A stretch of 64,000 nucleotides of DNA from Marsupella aquatica. Taxonomy: Eukaryota > Plantae > Marchantiophyta. The stretch is taken from NCBI GenBank assembly GCA_973895155.1, contig OZ316895.1, positions 23,138,558 through 23,202,557 of the forward strand, written 5' to 3'. Made by a program: the position numbers and the translations under genes. The notes under the pieces are model-generated. The model searched no databases. It saw nothing but the letters and a program-made list of their open reading frames with translations, and had not been told where the DNA came from. Shown in pieces: positions 23,459 to 37,564 of the stretch (position 1 is the stretch's first letter; each line of letters opens with the position of its first letter).

Positions 23459-26400
23459 CCAGAGTAGTGGGACCTTGCGTGTCCCTGTGGGGGCGTTCGA
23501 ACTAAAGCATGAGGACCTGATTGGCAGCCAAATGGCTGTAAGAAGCAGTTTCAAATGATTACAGCCTCTATAATGGAGAGATTATGATCCACGAAGACCA
23601 ACTTAGCTTCACGACGTGCAAGGAGAATGATGTAAAGGTGAGTGGTGTTTGTCCTTCTCGTTTTCACATTCTTTCTTGACACGTGACATTTCTGTTTTGT
23701 TAGAAGTGTAGAACATGTGGAGCTGTCTCACAGCTGCATTTCATGTAGAAGTGGGAATAATGTTGCAAGACTGGTTTCATGATATTGTCTCTTTCCATCT
23801 ATTGTGTCTGGTCCTCGGTCTTACGATAAATATTTTTCGCAGAATCATTGAAGGATGCGCAGGGCTGGGTGGTCCTTTGGCGATGCACTGCGACGAATAT
23901 TCTGGCTAGCTTTCGTTCTTGACATCCATTATCGATGTACATCTGTGGTCCTTTTGAAGTTCATTTATAATGAAGTTGCTCTTTACTGTCTGGCTTAATT
24001 GATAGCACCTGTCTGGTTGATTGAAACTGCTTTTCCATCTTCCATTAATTTTTGTTGCTGGCAGAGAATGAAAACGAATCCACTTACGATCTCTGAATGT
24101 TCTATCATGGATGCGTTCTTTTGTTGTGGCAATGTGCTGGCAAGATAGCTAAACCTATGGCTCGGTGTTTGTCTAAATGTTCATAAGAATGAATGCTATT
24201 TATTCACGTTCAGAAGGCTGGTTTATATATTCAGAGGCCTTTTCTACGAAGGATTGGATGTGAATGCTAGTTCCATTCAGAAGGCGGCAAAACTTTTATC
24301 TGGCAGGGTGTCATATGGGATACAATTCTTAAGATAACGGCCACATATTTGCTCAGGATTGGACATTAAAAGTTTGTTCTACTGCAAGCAGATGGCAAAA
24401 CTTTGATGTATATGTCTCTATCTTCTGATGACGAACTTCAGGAAGAGATGAGCGTTTACACAGCAGTTCATTTGGGGTCGTCGGTAAGCCTGGAAATATT
24501 TCTTCCAGAAGTTCGCCTTGGGTTTGATTAAACTAGTCGCTGAAAGTCCAGGACGTTTCCCTGCTTTTGCTGCCTCCCAAGATTCGATGCTGACTGCCTT
24601 AGGTGCCCACATGTAACAATTGATATAGCTAAAAGCAACACCAAGATGGAAAGCTCCTTTTCAAGTCTAATGCACAGAATTCTCTAAGGCTGGAGCAGGA
24701 TAAATTTTCTAGTTCCCTACATACAACACAGGCTTGGAGACCTGGTTTTGCTCTCCTTTATGTTGCACGAGTTCAATGTTATTGTGTTACACGGTTGTCT
24801 ACAACATCATACCTCCCTCATTCGTCACCCAACTTTCTAATTTGATTTTCCCCTTGTCTTTCAATTGATGAGGTTCATCAGTTCCCTCCTATTTCATCTG
24901 TTTCGTCACCCAACTCTCTAATTTGATTTTTCCCTTCCCTTTTCGTTTGACGAGGTTTATGGGGTCCCTTACTCTTTCATGTGTTTGGTTTGGACCACAA
25001 GGTTGGTCTTTGAAACCCCCATCCCAAGAACACATTTCCCAAAATTTGAGATAATAGTAACAACTTAATTTTCTCAAGCCAGGATGAACCACCTTGTTGT
25101 GGGGATATTCGAGAGGAGTCTGTCAGCTACACTTCCATCAAAATGACTGAATTTTTGGCCATTTTGGTTGGGTTTTCCATCATGAAATGGGTAGGGGGTA
25201 ATTCCATTACATTAATTTGTGTTAACACTAAATAATTGGGCTTGTGCTTTTTATGTCTCCTTCTTCTCTAGTTGCAATGTACATGCAACCTAAAATTATT
25301 GTAGGAGTCATAATCATCTAGTTATGGGCTCCAAACTCCCATGGGCCACCAAAATGTGGTCCATGAGAGCACCCTGTCCAACAAGGTGGTTCATCCTGGC
25401 TTCAATTTGGTTTGGTTTGACAAGGTCCACCCTGGAAGTGACCAGATTTTTTTTCTTTTCTTCCATTTATAATAGTGAGTATTTCTCTAAGTCATGCTGC
25501 TGCTTACAATATCCCAATCCCAATAGACCTGAGACAGCATTATAACTAAACAACTTACAATGGTGACTGATCAACTTACTCTGGTCTTAACAACAAAACT
25601 ATAACTGAACAACTCATTCCGTCTATAGGAGTGCACATTTCCGTCTATAATAGTGCACATGCATTAATCAATTAATGCAACTCATGCTAGAAGCATTTCT
25701 TGCTAAGTGTAGTGGGCATCTACACGTGGTTTTTTCATGCACTTATTCAGCTGAACCCTGGAGTATGAGTATTTGGTATGAGGATTCCAATGCATACTAC
25801 GTGACAAGACACTTGCAGTAGTGCATAAAAGATTTCACATGGGCTTATTGGAAAGTACAACATGCACATATGGAGAAGAGCATGACACCCATGCACTTAT
25901 GACATAGTGCAAAGCTTGGATAAGTGCACATTTGGGGTGTCTTCCTCAGAGCCTGCATTGAGACATGGTGGACTCTAAATTAAATGCCTTAAATTCCTTA
26001 TAACAGATTCAATATCATTCCCACCACGGTTGTATCGTGTTTGAATACGTCTATGTCTACGACCTTAGTTCCGTCAGGAGTGGTACCATCTCCCCGATCC
26101 TGAGCCCTGCACTGGAATTGAGGTTCCTTCCTAAATTTCCATCCATGAAGGTATTGATTGACGTGATGTTGTCAGGTTAAAAGAATTGAAGGTTGAAGCA
26201 ATGAGAAACCAATTCAAATGGGAGCTCTGTTATTTGCCTCTACTCTCACGAGCTTTCAGTTCATTCCTGGAGAGCTTGGTTTTCCAAAATCAAAAGCTGG
26301 AGAAGACTCATTATTATTTATAGCACCATGACAGGCGACGGGTAAGACCTGGATTGTGGACAATTTGGTTCTCAAAGAGAGGGTTAACGGCAAATTCACC

Positions 26401-27309
26401 GACGATATGATATGCTGCTGGGATAATTATATCTTCCTCGTTTGCTTCCTCTTTTGCTTCCTTGTTGGAAGGTATTATACTAGCAATGGCGTGATTTCGA
26501 CAATGCAATGTGGTAATGAAACACAAGGTTGACGTTCCTGAGAAAAGACTCGCTTGACTGCTTTCTGTGGACTCAAAGGTAGGATGAAATTAATCACGAA
26601 CTGAAAAAATGAGGATGCCGTCAGTCATGCATTCTCCTAAACGTCTCTCTGCACGACTCTGCAACTTTAAGTACTCTCTGCATGTTCAGCAATTAAAATA
26701 ATAGCAATCAATTTTTGGACCCCGCCATTCTATCTGCACTGTCTAGATGAGGCTGAGCAGATGCTAGTTCCTGCACCACAAGGAACGCTTTTGCAAGACA
26801 GTAGCCAGAAGAAACATCTGAAGATCTCGTGCGCATAAAATAAAGCTAGAGAGAAACGCACAGACGTCACAGATTTGTTTAACAGCGTCGAACTCAAAAA
26901 CGTCAACTCCACTGGAATCATCCAGGTAAAAAGGACGTTGGAGAAGTTGCAATTAATCCTATGGAGGTCGCATTGGAAGATTTATCCGAATTTACTGTGT
27001 ATTCTGAGGGTTAGTAAACAAACTAAACTAGACAGTGTCCACCTATTCTAGAAGTGGACTCAGGCAACTGGATTATTAAAAGAGGTATCAGGAGACCCAT
27101 CGAAGTACATTTGGGTGGACAAACCAAATTCCTCGATCCGGTCCTAAAATATCTGGAATATCGAAGTCACGAACCCCAATAATAAATCATTATAATCAAA
27201 TGCTCCTCTTCTACTCTACGTGGAATGAGTTGCTGCTGTGGTTCTTTACAGAAGTAAACCAGGAAAACAAAGTGGAGAATCTAAACTATTCCTTTGAGCA
27301 CCAACTGGT

Positions 27310-29518
27310 TCAACCGTTATTAAACTTTCTACAGTTTGTCCTTATCTCGCCATTGGTTCCAGTCAGAACTTCAATGCCTCCCATTGCCACGAACGAAGGT
27401 CCCCAATTCTCGAAGAAGACCACTTGGTTAGTGGCAAATGTGTTCACTAAGGACCTGGTCCTGGGATCTGTGAAGATCACCTCGTCCGATGTTAAGAGCC
27501 CTTCTCCATCCTGCACTCACCATTCACAGCATAGGACATAGTGAAAAGGCATTCCTACTATTTAATAACTTTGGCAAGCAATTCTGTCTGGTGATTGGAC
27601 TAGGCTACACCTATTTCAACTGGAAGTACCGCTTCAGGACTTTGGAAAATCAATTCTATCTGGTGAATCTACGAGACCTATTTCCAACCAAGCCCATTCA
27701 ACGTTGACAGAATAACATGTAGTTGTGTACGAGCCCATGCGATTCAAGACTAGCGTCAAAGCAGAACCCTGACTGAGTAGAGCTTTATGATGTTCAGTCA
27801 TGGTTGCAGTGGGTGTCCCCTACGATCATCATCGACTGCGAACAAACAACAAATGGTCCTTTACCTGCAAGCCTACGTAGTACTGGGTGTCAAACGTTTG
27901 AGGCGTGATTGGATCAATAGCTATTGCGGCAGAAGATTGCGCATTTTGTGGGCATGCCCTCATAAGAGTTTTGGCGAAATTCGGAGCAAGGGTTGGGTCG
28001 ACAATCACGGAGCCATTGCTGGCGTAGGTAATGCGATTGTTGATGGAGGCGCAGTGAGCAGTTCCGATGGTATGTGCACCTGTAAGCACCGATGACAGAC
28101 AGCAGGGTCCAGTCCACACACTTAAAACCCAAAGAAATTAAGAAGCTGTGAGGCACACCACCGAAAACGGTATGTACTCAGACGAGAAAGAAAAATGATA
28201 GTCCGAGCTTTGATTACTTCCTTCGGACCTGCGAGAATGACGAGGTCGTTGAGGTTCAGGCCCTTGCTGGAAAACATGTTCAACATGGTGGTAAGGTCCG
28301 AAGTTGGCAAAGGAACGCTGCCTTTCACTTGTGACGCTTGTGAGACCAACCCATCACGCCTTCCTGTGGGCACTCGTACTGGGGGTCCGCCTGTCTGCAG
28401 CCATGTCCCTATCAATTAGTTACAGTACCATCCATATAGACATCATACTGTACTTCTTTACTCATAAATGGACCCTCAAATCTTAGTGCACCACATTGAA
28501 ATATCATTTTTCATATTCGTTTATTGACCAAGTTGAAAAGAATCTGTCCTGCTGTAGGTTGTCTATATATGTGTGTGGACGCAGAGCAAGCTTCCTCCTG
28601 AGAAGCTCTCAGCTACTTGATGTCTACTTTAGCGTTGATGTTGCAAGCATTCAACAAAAAAAGAAGGCCCCTGGCTACCCTGTTCCTCAGCCAGTGCCTA
28701 TGAACAATATTAATACCTCATTCTGAATTTACAGTATGTGCTCACTGGAACAGAGCAGTAGAGGGAATGCAAGAACTTACCAGAAGAACGGCATCCTGTG
28801 CAGCGAGTGCCACAATGTCAGCACACGAGACAGTTCCAGGACAAACGGTCTCGAGAGTAGACTTTGCAGCATCAATCACTGCATATCCGTCAACAGAGGC
28901 ATTCGCAGGGTCAGTTTTCTCCGGACTGCTGTTGTTCACAGATGGGTCGATGAGGAGTGATCCATCACAGCCCTGCCACACAGAAACAGATGTGGGATTT
29001 TGTCGACGTTTGGATTGCAACAATCTTCACTTTACTAGCTCTTAATTACTATCTGACATATACTGCTTTCAAACAATGCTGAATGATGTGGAAATTTTTG
29101 TGACTGCTGGAGACGACGAATCCAATGCATCTCGCCCACAAAATATCGTCCAGGGGAAAGTCACCCAGAAAGAGCCATCGTAGCAACAGTGTAAAAAGTA
29201 TGCAAGAGATACTAAGTACACAAACCGGAGGGTCAGCAAACGAGAGACTGACTTTGAAGAGACAGAGAGAAGGTGAGAGATTGGTACATGGACGAAGCAG
29301 TCGTGGAAGAACAGCCGGAGAAGTTTAGCTGGCATAAATTGATCAGATGCCGTCGATGCCTGCACCGCAGCTGTCACGATCGCTTCAGCTCTTGGGCAGC
29401 TAGCAGCGTAGTAGTCAATCAGGAGCTGCGCTTTCACCGCTTCTGGACTGGTGCTCAGCGTCAACACCATCATCACCAACAACATTGGAAGTGACAAAAA
29501 TAATTTCAGGCCCTTCAT
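27310..29518 (-). CDS. Class III secretory peroxidase; exons 29518-29288, 28972-28781, 28394-28229, 28079-27865, 27510-27310
   Basis: Signal peptide; [13 protein letters not shown]; distal motif [16 protein letters not shown]; [17 protein letters not shown]; GRRDG; proximal LAGAHTIG; FDTQYY; GEIRTNC. An upstream in-frame ATG at 29593 is an alternative start. Confidence 0.95.
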
Positions 29519-31519
29519 CTTGAAACCCCTTCTACCACTTCTGCTGCTTGTCGAGTGTTCCCGAGTACTCTCCGAGTCGGGTTTAAACTCCATACAGATG
29601 TCACCTTCCTCAGTTACGCTGACACCAATACTCCCAGCCTGGGTCTTGTCAAACTTGAGCTGAAACTGTTCCTGATGTCTAAGCCCATCAAACTCAGCAA
29701 TCTCCAGTTTTCCTATTCCCGTCTAGAGTCTGATATTATGAGCTCACGATCTTCCCCTCCTGCAACATTGATCAAGTGGACAGTAGTCTGTAGCTATTGT
29801 GTTGCAAAATCTAGAGGAGCTCCCCCTCGTACACAACGTAACTTTCTTTACATTGGCACACGATCTTAGTGTCCAATAGCTCAGCAATACAGGAGGACCA
29901 GAACCATGCTAGACAAAAAAGAGCAGGCGGCTCTGACTATTGATATCTCCACCACTGAATGTTAGCTAGTGAAGATAAAAAATTCAGCTCAGCTGACCGC
30001 CAGCTTTCGGTACCCACGTCAATGTCCACTTTTGCAACGACCTTCACTTTTGTTGAGATTGCGCAAAACGATACGCGCCTCGCCGCTTGTTCATATGACA
30101 GTTGAGCTGGCTTCCATTGCCCAGTAAGTTTTTCTTGGCTCTGCTGTCTGTCCGCAGACTAATTTTTCATGCGTTGCAGCTGAAAGCCGAGCCAAGCTTT
30201 CGAGATCGGGCAGCCCTCTGGAAATTTTCCACTCCCACCCACCCACTGACGACGTACACACAACGAATCCCGAAAAGAACACCACCAGCTCAACTTTGTG
30301 CAGCTGCTTCGCGAGCCCTGCTGCCGTCTACTCCTGTATCATCCACATTCACCACTGCTGCGCATGCCATTCCAACTCCACTCCACTCCACTCCACAACA
30401 GCTCGTCTCTGTTGACTACCCAGTCACTGGAGCAGGGCCTGCATGCCTCCACTATGGAAACCAACGGTACTACGATACCTTGAATCTGCCGACTACCACG
30501 TCACCTAGATAGCCGCTTACTCTATGTATTGTTAACGTTCCTCCTGACAAGCATGCGTTGGTCTTCTGCGTTTTCTGTCAGTGCAGAGGGTTCGAATCCG
30601 GTCTTGCTTGCTTGCTCTGCAAATAACGACAGTTACCTTCAATCAGCTCTTGCAACGCTCCTAAGGGCACCGCCTGCGATCCAGCTATGCTTCATTCTAT
30701 ATTATTCCTCCACTCTAGACCACTCTAATCTGAGTCTACTATATTCGCCACTCGTCAGGCATGATGGGGCGTCAATTCACAGTATGACACCGTATACAGC
30801 CGTGTCAGCTCAATCGAATGACCGTAACGCCACTTCGAATTATTCTGAAAAGCGTGGAGCTAGCCACCAAGCGAGCGAAGTGCGTGCTTGCTACAGCAAA
30901 CAATAGTGTATAATTGCAGGACTTCGTACTGAAAGGCTGAGAGAATCCTTAACTTCCATGAAACTATGAAAGCCAATTAAAACTGCTCCAATTATGACAG
31001 ACGTACTGTGTCACAGTACTGTAGAAGACTCGGAAGTGCAGCGCAAATGGAAACGAGGTTGAATGCATGAAAATGCACAGGACATTCTGAGACGTTCAAT
31101 TCCGCATCACCTCAAAGCCAAAAGCATAGCAGATAGCAGATACCGTAGACATCATGCAGGTGAGAGAAATTAAGCTGAAGGAAGTCCATGAATCATGATG
31201 AAACAGATTGCAAATAAATGCGTGACACAGATGTGTGTAAATTCCATGACTCTGAATGACTATGAACCGTCAAGCTCACTGGAAGGAAAATCGATAGTCC
31301 GTGTCCATCAGTGGCAGGGCCCTTGTAAGGAGAAGGCAGTTGGCCCGGTCGGCACCAGCCTGGTGGGGGGAGCTGGCTGTGAGGTCACAAGACAAGAGTC
31401 GTTGAGCGCGTAACTGTGTCGGGGTTTTTTTGTGAGGTACTGTGGTACGAATTCTCCTCGGTCCATCCCTTTGGAATGAAACAACGCGGGTACATTAATA
31501 ATATAGAGGATCGCCCAAG

Positions 31520-31715
31520 TCGCCGACCTCGAGGTATCATTCTCTTTTTTCTCTCTCTCCACTATTTTATCAACGGTTGCTCGAGCTTTCACCACGTTGG
31601 CCCCAAAGAGTCTCCAGTAGAAGCGTTCTCTCTCTCTCTCTCTCTTTCTCTCCATTATTTGATCAATGGTTGCTAGAGCTGTCACCACGTTGGCCTCGAA
31701 GAGTCTCCAGTAGAA
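31520..31715. repeat. ~90-bp tandem duplication around (CT)n
   Basis: ctctctcca(c/t)tattt...caa(c/t)ggttgct...caccacgttggcc...gagtctccagtagaagc occurs twice. Confidence 0.75.
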
Positions 31716-33032
31716 GCACCACTGACTGTACATTCTACTGTCACTGTGCATGGTCTCGGAAATTACGTAAGGGATAACGTAAGTCAGAGAATACATACAT
31801 TCCGTATCAAAAAGAATTGTATGGTATATCGACTCAATTTAAAAGAGTCATGGTTTCCACAAAGGGGGCTTTACAAGAATGATGGGACAAAACATGATGG
31901 GACACTTGTGTTTTATGATGCCCTTATGTGGGACCCTTATGACTGGACTAGAAAAGGTGATCAGGCAATTCATTTAATTCTCTTCTTATATAAGTAGTCT
32001 GATTACCAGTTCCTTGATCCTAAACAGAGATTAGACAAAATCTTGCAAACAAATTCACTCCAATAGTAGCCCTGAAAAGTAGGTTTCCATCGCGCTTTAT
32101 TATTAAGATGAGAAGAGACAGAACAAAAAACTATTAATATATACATGGGTCCCTTGTGTTTTATGATGCCTGATTCATGGGTCCAATACACTAACTCAAC
32201 CAGAAATGGTGGTTAGGCAATTCATCTTACTCGGTCTACTTATAGAATGAGATGTAAACAAAGTTCCTTTCAAAACACCATCTCAAGAGGTAGTCCAAGC
32301 TTCGGCCAGAATTGCAAATCCACTCCAGTCTATGTACAGTTTTTTTTTACAAGAGACCTTAGTTCCAATATCATGTAAAGCCAAAATAGACAGGTCACTT
32401 GATATGAATGATTCCAATGAAACTGCAAGCAAAATATTGGAAGTCGCCACAGGCATTCATTTGTTGGCCTGTCAGTCTTGTAAAGTACCCCTACAGAGGG
32501 TATTTAGTAACTCTTATAATACAAGGTTGCACCTTTTTATGCAGTGGTCGTCATTTGAATTATTTTGAAGGGCACAAAAATCAAAGAATCTGACCAAGAG
32601 AAAGAATAAACCAAAATTGAATAATATTTAGTGTGAAGTAAAGAGTGCACGTTTTGGAATCAAGAAATAAAGGGGAATGCCATGGAATGCCAATGCACAA
32701 TAATCAAATACTTTATGGATAGATACGTAGAATACTATCCATGCATGGGAAACCATCCATGCATAGACATAGTACTTTCCATACCTAGACATTCATATAA
32801 AGTACTCCATGATAATCTATGTCAATTACAAATTAACGCCTATAATTTACAGTTTTCCAAGCCAAGTGAAAAAATCAAATATGCAAAGCAAAGCTAAGCT
32901 AAGAGAACAAATAAAAATAAAACCACGGCAAAATATGAAGGGAGCAGAATATTTCTTGATATTCCTCATCACTTTAGCAAGTAAAGTACTTCCTTTTGAT
33001 GTCATCATTGTATTCTAAAATACACTCTTTTA

Positions 33033-34080
33033 TCTAATACCTCCAGGCCATTGTCTTATTTGTATTGACCCTGCCCTAATGTACACCTCATGTGCATGCA
33101 ATGCAAGGAAAGTGTATACACCCATTCCCCTTGGTATTAATATAACGAAATCATTTTATAAAAACAAATATACCTGGAAAAATTCAATATATATTTGGAT
33201 GAGATTAAAAGGGGTTGGGGCCAAACCACTCTTGGCTGGGGTGACAGGGTTTAGGGATAGTTACATATATAAAGGGACAACCACATTTGACAACATCAAA
33301 AACTATAATAAGGCATTGCGCCTTTTTATTGCCATGGTCGTCATTTGAATTTACTGAGCCATTTTGGGTGAAAGAAATTCAATACAGAAAAAAACCAAAG
33401 CAATAGAGACCAAAAATGGCCCTCACACCAGCTCCTGAGGTCAACTGCCATCTGATCGCGGTGACAACACCGAGCCGAGGCAAGTAAAATATCATGCGGC
33501 CAGCCTCTACTATGAGTGGGGACCACCCTACCGCCTTGCTCCGCATGCCGACCGTAGACTGCCGCATTCTTGCGGTCAACCTCCCACCACCCTCCTTCCC
33601 CAACCTGATGACCCGGGCCGGCCCTGCCTTGCTCCACTCCCTCCCTCTTCCCTTCTCCCTCCCTCTTCCCTTCTCCCCTGCCCGACTACATCTTTCACAT
33701 AACAACTTCTTTGTTGTAATGACATCTTCTTACTTGATGACATCGTTTACACAACGACTTCTTTGGCGACACAACTTCTTCTTTTAATGACATCTTTTAC
33801 ATAACAACATCATTGGCAACATGACCCCAGACACGACCTCTATTTTCTTAATGACATCTTGGGCCAACACGACATCTGTTGTCTTAACGACATCTTGGCC
33901 AATACGATTTATTTTTTCTCAATAACGTCTTGCCAAACAGGACATCTTTTTTTTCAACAACATCTTGGCTGACACGACATATTTTTTCTCAATGACATCT
34001 TGGCCAACACGACAGCTGTTTTCTCAATGACGTCTTGGCCGACATGACATCTTTTGTGCAATGCACGAGTATTGAGCTAG
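33033..34080 (+). mobile_element. Probable non-autonomous Helitron
   Basis: The 3' end gtgcaatgcacgagtattgagCTAG|T is a short hairpin followed by CTAG before T. A candidate 5' end A|TCTAATACC lies at 33033. An internal array of gacatcttggccaacacgac repeats spans 33720-34050. The 5' boundary is uncertain. Confidence 0.5.
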
Positions 34081-34599
34081 TACCTGTGTAAATGAAAACT
34101 TCAGAGTAGGTAAACTAGGTCCATGACCAAAATTTGAAGCAAACATTTTTTCTATAGTTTGTGTCCTCCAGATCCTCTATTCTTTTCTATTTCAAAATAT
34201 GATCATAGTATGTTTAATGGTACCCTGAGATATAAATTAGAGTTTCACCACTATTATTTTGCTTCATTGGAAGGAGACGGGAAGCAGTTATGGTATCTAC
34301 CACCTGTTCATTTCATTCAGTCAATGAATTAAGTTTAGTTTCTATTTATAATTATTCAATCCCCCAAAGTCCAAAAATACCAGCCCTGGGGACATCCCGT
34401 TTACTATACATAGTCTGTAACTTTTGTGCAGGTGACAGACGGGGTGACAGAGCATTCCTATGTATCTCTAACATGGTATCACTCAAATATGTATGCACTG
34501 AAATTCATACTCTACGTGCTCTAATTACCCATCCTGGAACGTAAAATAAAGGTGATTGCAATAAAAAAAAAACCTTGCAACGTTAACAAAATTTCCTTG

Positions 34600-37542
34600 T
34601 GTTATACCCTAACTAGACTCCATGGTTACCTTAACCATAGTTACCGTATAGGATAACTCGGACGGAGACTATATATAGAGATGCACCCATTCATTCTATA
34701 GAGAGAGGAATCTCATTATCATTTCCCGCATCATTCCTCAACACGTGTGTGAAGATCGTGTGTGAAGATCAACCATCTTGGCTTTGGTTGTGAACGTACG
34801 GGAGATGGCATCCAGCGAAAGAAACGAGACATCGTTGTGGGGTCTAGATCTGATAGCATTTTCTGAATCCTAAATATGGAATGTTGTGCTTGTCCAAGAA
34901 TGAGCCTGAGAAGCTGATCGCAATCAAAGAATGAGCCAAAGCGACAAGTGAGATTTCAAGAGACACACATGAGTGACTTAAACATGCAACATTCGATCTC
35001 AAAATACTCGAGAAAAACTCGAACACCAGATAAGTGCAACCCTCATTAAATGCACAGTATAGTAAAGAGTTTCTGAAATACAAATGCTTGGGTGCACTTA
35101 TCCAAAGACAAGAGAATCCCATGTGTTTCAGTGCAAAATCTTCATTTTTGAAAAACTATCCATATATGCACATATTAACAAAGAAAATCTTGTTGACAAC
35201 GGATGTTTTGCACTTATGGATAAACAAATGAAATGGAAAATGATAAGTGCACATTGCAAATTACACAGCAATTTACACAATTTACAAATGTAAACACATC
35301 AACTGGTTTAGGGAAATTACATGTCACTTGTTGAATTTGCATACATTAACATGCCTTACATGTGCAACACATGCTTTACATGCATTTGACATATTTACAT
35401 GTCATACCACCCTTACTTGACTTTGCACATTGGAAATAATGGTTTTATACCAAATACCTCTACTTTCCATTTACAAAGTGGTTGTTACACCCATTTCAAT
35501 CACAAAATGGTTTTTACACCATTTACACCCCTAGTTTACACCTAATGATACCATTCTAGATTATACCTCATGACACCAGTTTACACTGGTGTATGTCTTA
35601 CCATTGTATAATCTCATGCTTTACATTGGGTTTATACTTGTTTACACTGGTTACACCAGATTACACTTGCTTATAGCATTTACACTGGTTTACACCAATT
35701 TACACCATCAGGGGGAGTAAACTTTGGTCCATACACTTTTTGTGTGTAAATTGACCATTTACAACTTTTACACCAATTGACATGGGTTTACACCCATTTA
35801 CACCCTACATTAGGGCAATATCTTACTTAAGGGTCTTATCCTCATGGTCTTTACACCATAAACAACTCAAACGAGAACTTTTATAGCCATTGTTCGGTGG
35901 GATGATAGTTTTTAAGTATGGAACTAATACCATACCTTTAACCATGTTCTATGACCTAGTTTTTGAGGTATTTTGGTAAGGTATAGATTTTCTGAGATCC
36001 AGTGATCGATGGCAGATATGTTTCTCACGAAAGATCCAGAATAATCTAAGGTACAGTACTTCATATTAGTTTCATGACCTTAGTTTCCGGCCATATCCAA
36101 AAGCGGATAATCAATAACCCTTTAGGGGTCTAACTGCAAATATTTAGAAACCCGAAGTAAACTCAAATCAGAATGAGTAATGAGGAGTATATGGGCAAAC
36201 CCCATAACTTTATCCGGTCCAACTTAATTCTAGCTTTCAACTATAATATATGCATAAAATGCATATTTAGGGGGAGAAAGTTTATTTTCTCAAACCCCAA
36301 TCACACTTGATTTACCCACTACGAGTACATTTTGGTACTTGGTCATTTTAAAGTGGAATCTTTTGACTATCACTAACTCTAAACTATTTTTATGCGGAGT
36401 TGTTTGACGTTTATGAATATCACTTTACCTCTGCAAGATAGCAAATCATTTTGAGCTAGCATTTTTCTGTGCTATGACACACATGGACGTTCGACTGAAT
36501 GTTTGGATTCCACAAGGTTATTTGTGAAGTTATATTGACTTGACACCTTTTGTCAAAATATGAGAACTGCAGACGTGCAGGGCAGACGTGCCATATTATA
36601 CACACACCCGCTGGTGTTGTGAATGCACACCCTTTGGTGCTGCAGATTATTTTTCACATAAAAACTATTTGATACTACATGTTTTTGAAATCTAAGATTG
36701 AGAGATTTCTTTGTGTGTCGACTACACACGCTTCCGAATTGTGCATTTTGCACAAGAACCCTCTATTTAAGAATCTAATTAGGAGTCCTTGAACTCTAAG
36801 GGAGAGTTTCGATATTTGAGTTTTACGAGAATAATATATTCCTCGAAACCTTGTTTTGAGGGGGAGATTATATTTTTTGGAGTTTTTACATCCCATACTT
36901 TACGCACTCAGTTGCGCGAGATGACATTATTTATTATTATACTTTACACTTTGCGCAGATGAGCCACAAACAAGTGATTTTATGATAATAACTTAATTAC
37001 TAATCATTTTTTCATATATGTTTTAATTTGTATTCGATGCGAGGATGTATGTACGGATGTATGCGCGATGGTGAGCGATTTGGAGACATGTCGCATTGTT
37101 GTTGAGTCGTTGAGCATACGACAACTTGTTCATTTTGATGGAGTGGAGTTGTTGCTGTTAACTCCACATACCACCGAATTCACTTGAGGACCGACAGGGC
37201 TATACTCTTTTTCCTTTAGAGCCAAGATATTTTTTTTCTTCTCTGTTACCCTGATAGAGTTTTTTTTAGAGCTGTTAAAGGTTTTAACGAGGCAGTACCT
37301 TCCTCATTTGTACTCAAACCATGCCATGTTTATAAGCATGATAATCTAGTTAGAAGACTTTTTGTCTACATAGTTATCACTATATAGCCAAGGGGGAGTG
37401 TTATACCCTAACTAGACTCCATGGTTACCTTAACCATAGTTACCGTATAGGATAACTCGGACGGAGACTATATATAGAGATGCACCCATTCATTCTATAG
37501 AGAGAGGAATCTCATTATCATTTCCCGCATCATTCCTCAACA
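34600..37542 (+). mobile_element. Non-autonomous LTR retrotransposon (TRIM-like, probably Copia-derived), 2943 bp
   Basis: Identical 144-bp LTRs at 34600-34743 and 37399-37542 (TGTT...AACA). 5-bp TSD CCTTG at 34595-34599 and 37543-37547. Polypurine tract aagggggag precedes the 3' LTR. No gag/pol ORF. Confidence 0.95.
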
Positions 37543-37564
37543 CCTTGTTATTTCTCATTCATAT

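Noticed and set aside
30102-30906. Pro/Thr-rich ORFs upstream of the peroxidase
   Set aside because: Non-ATG starts, low complexity, and no recognisable domain or splice structure.
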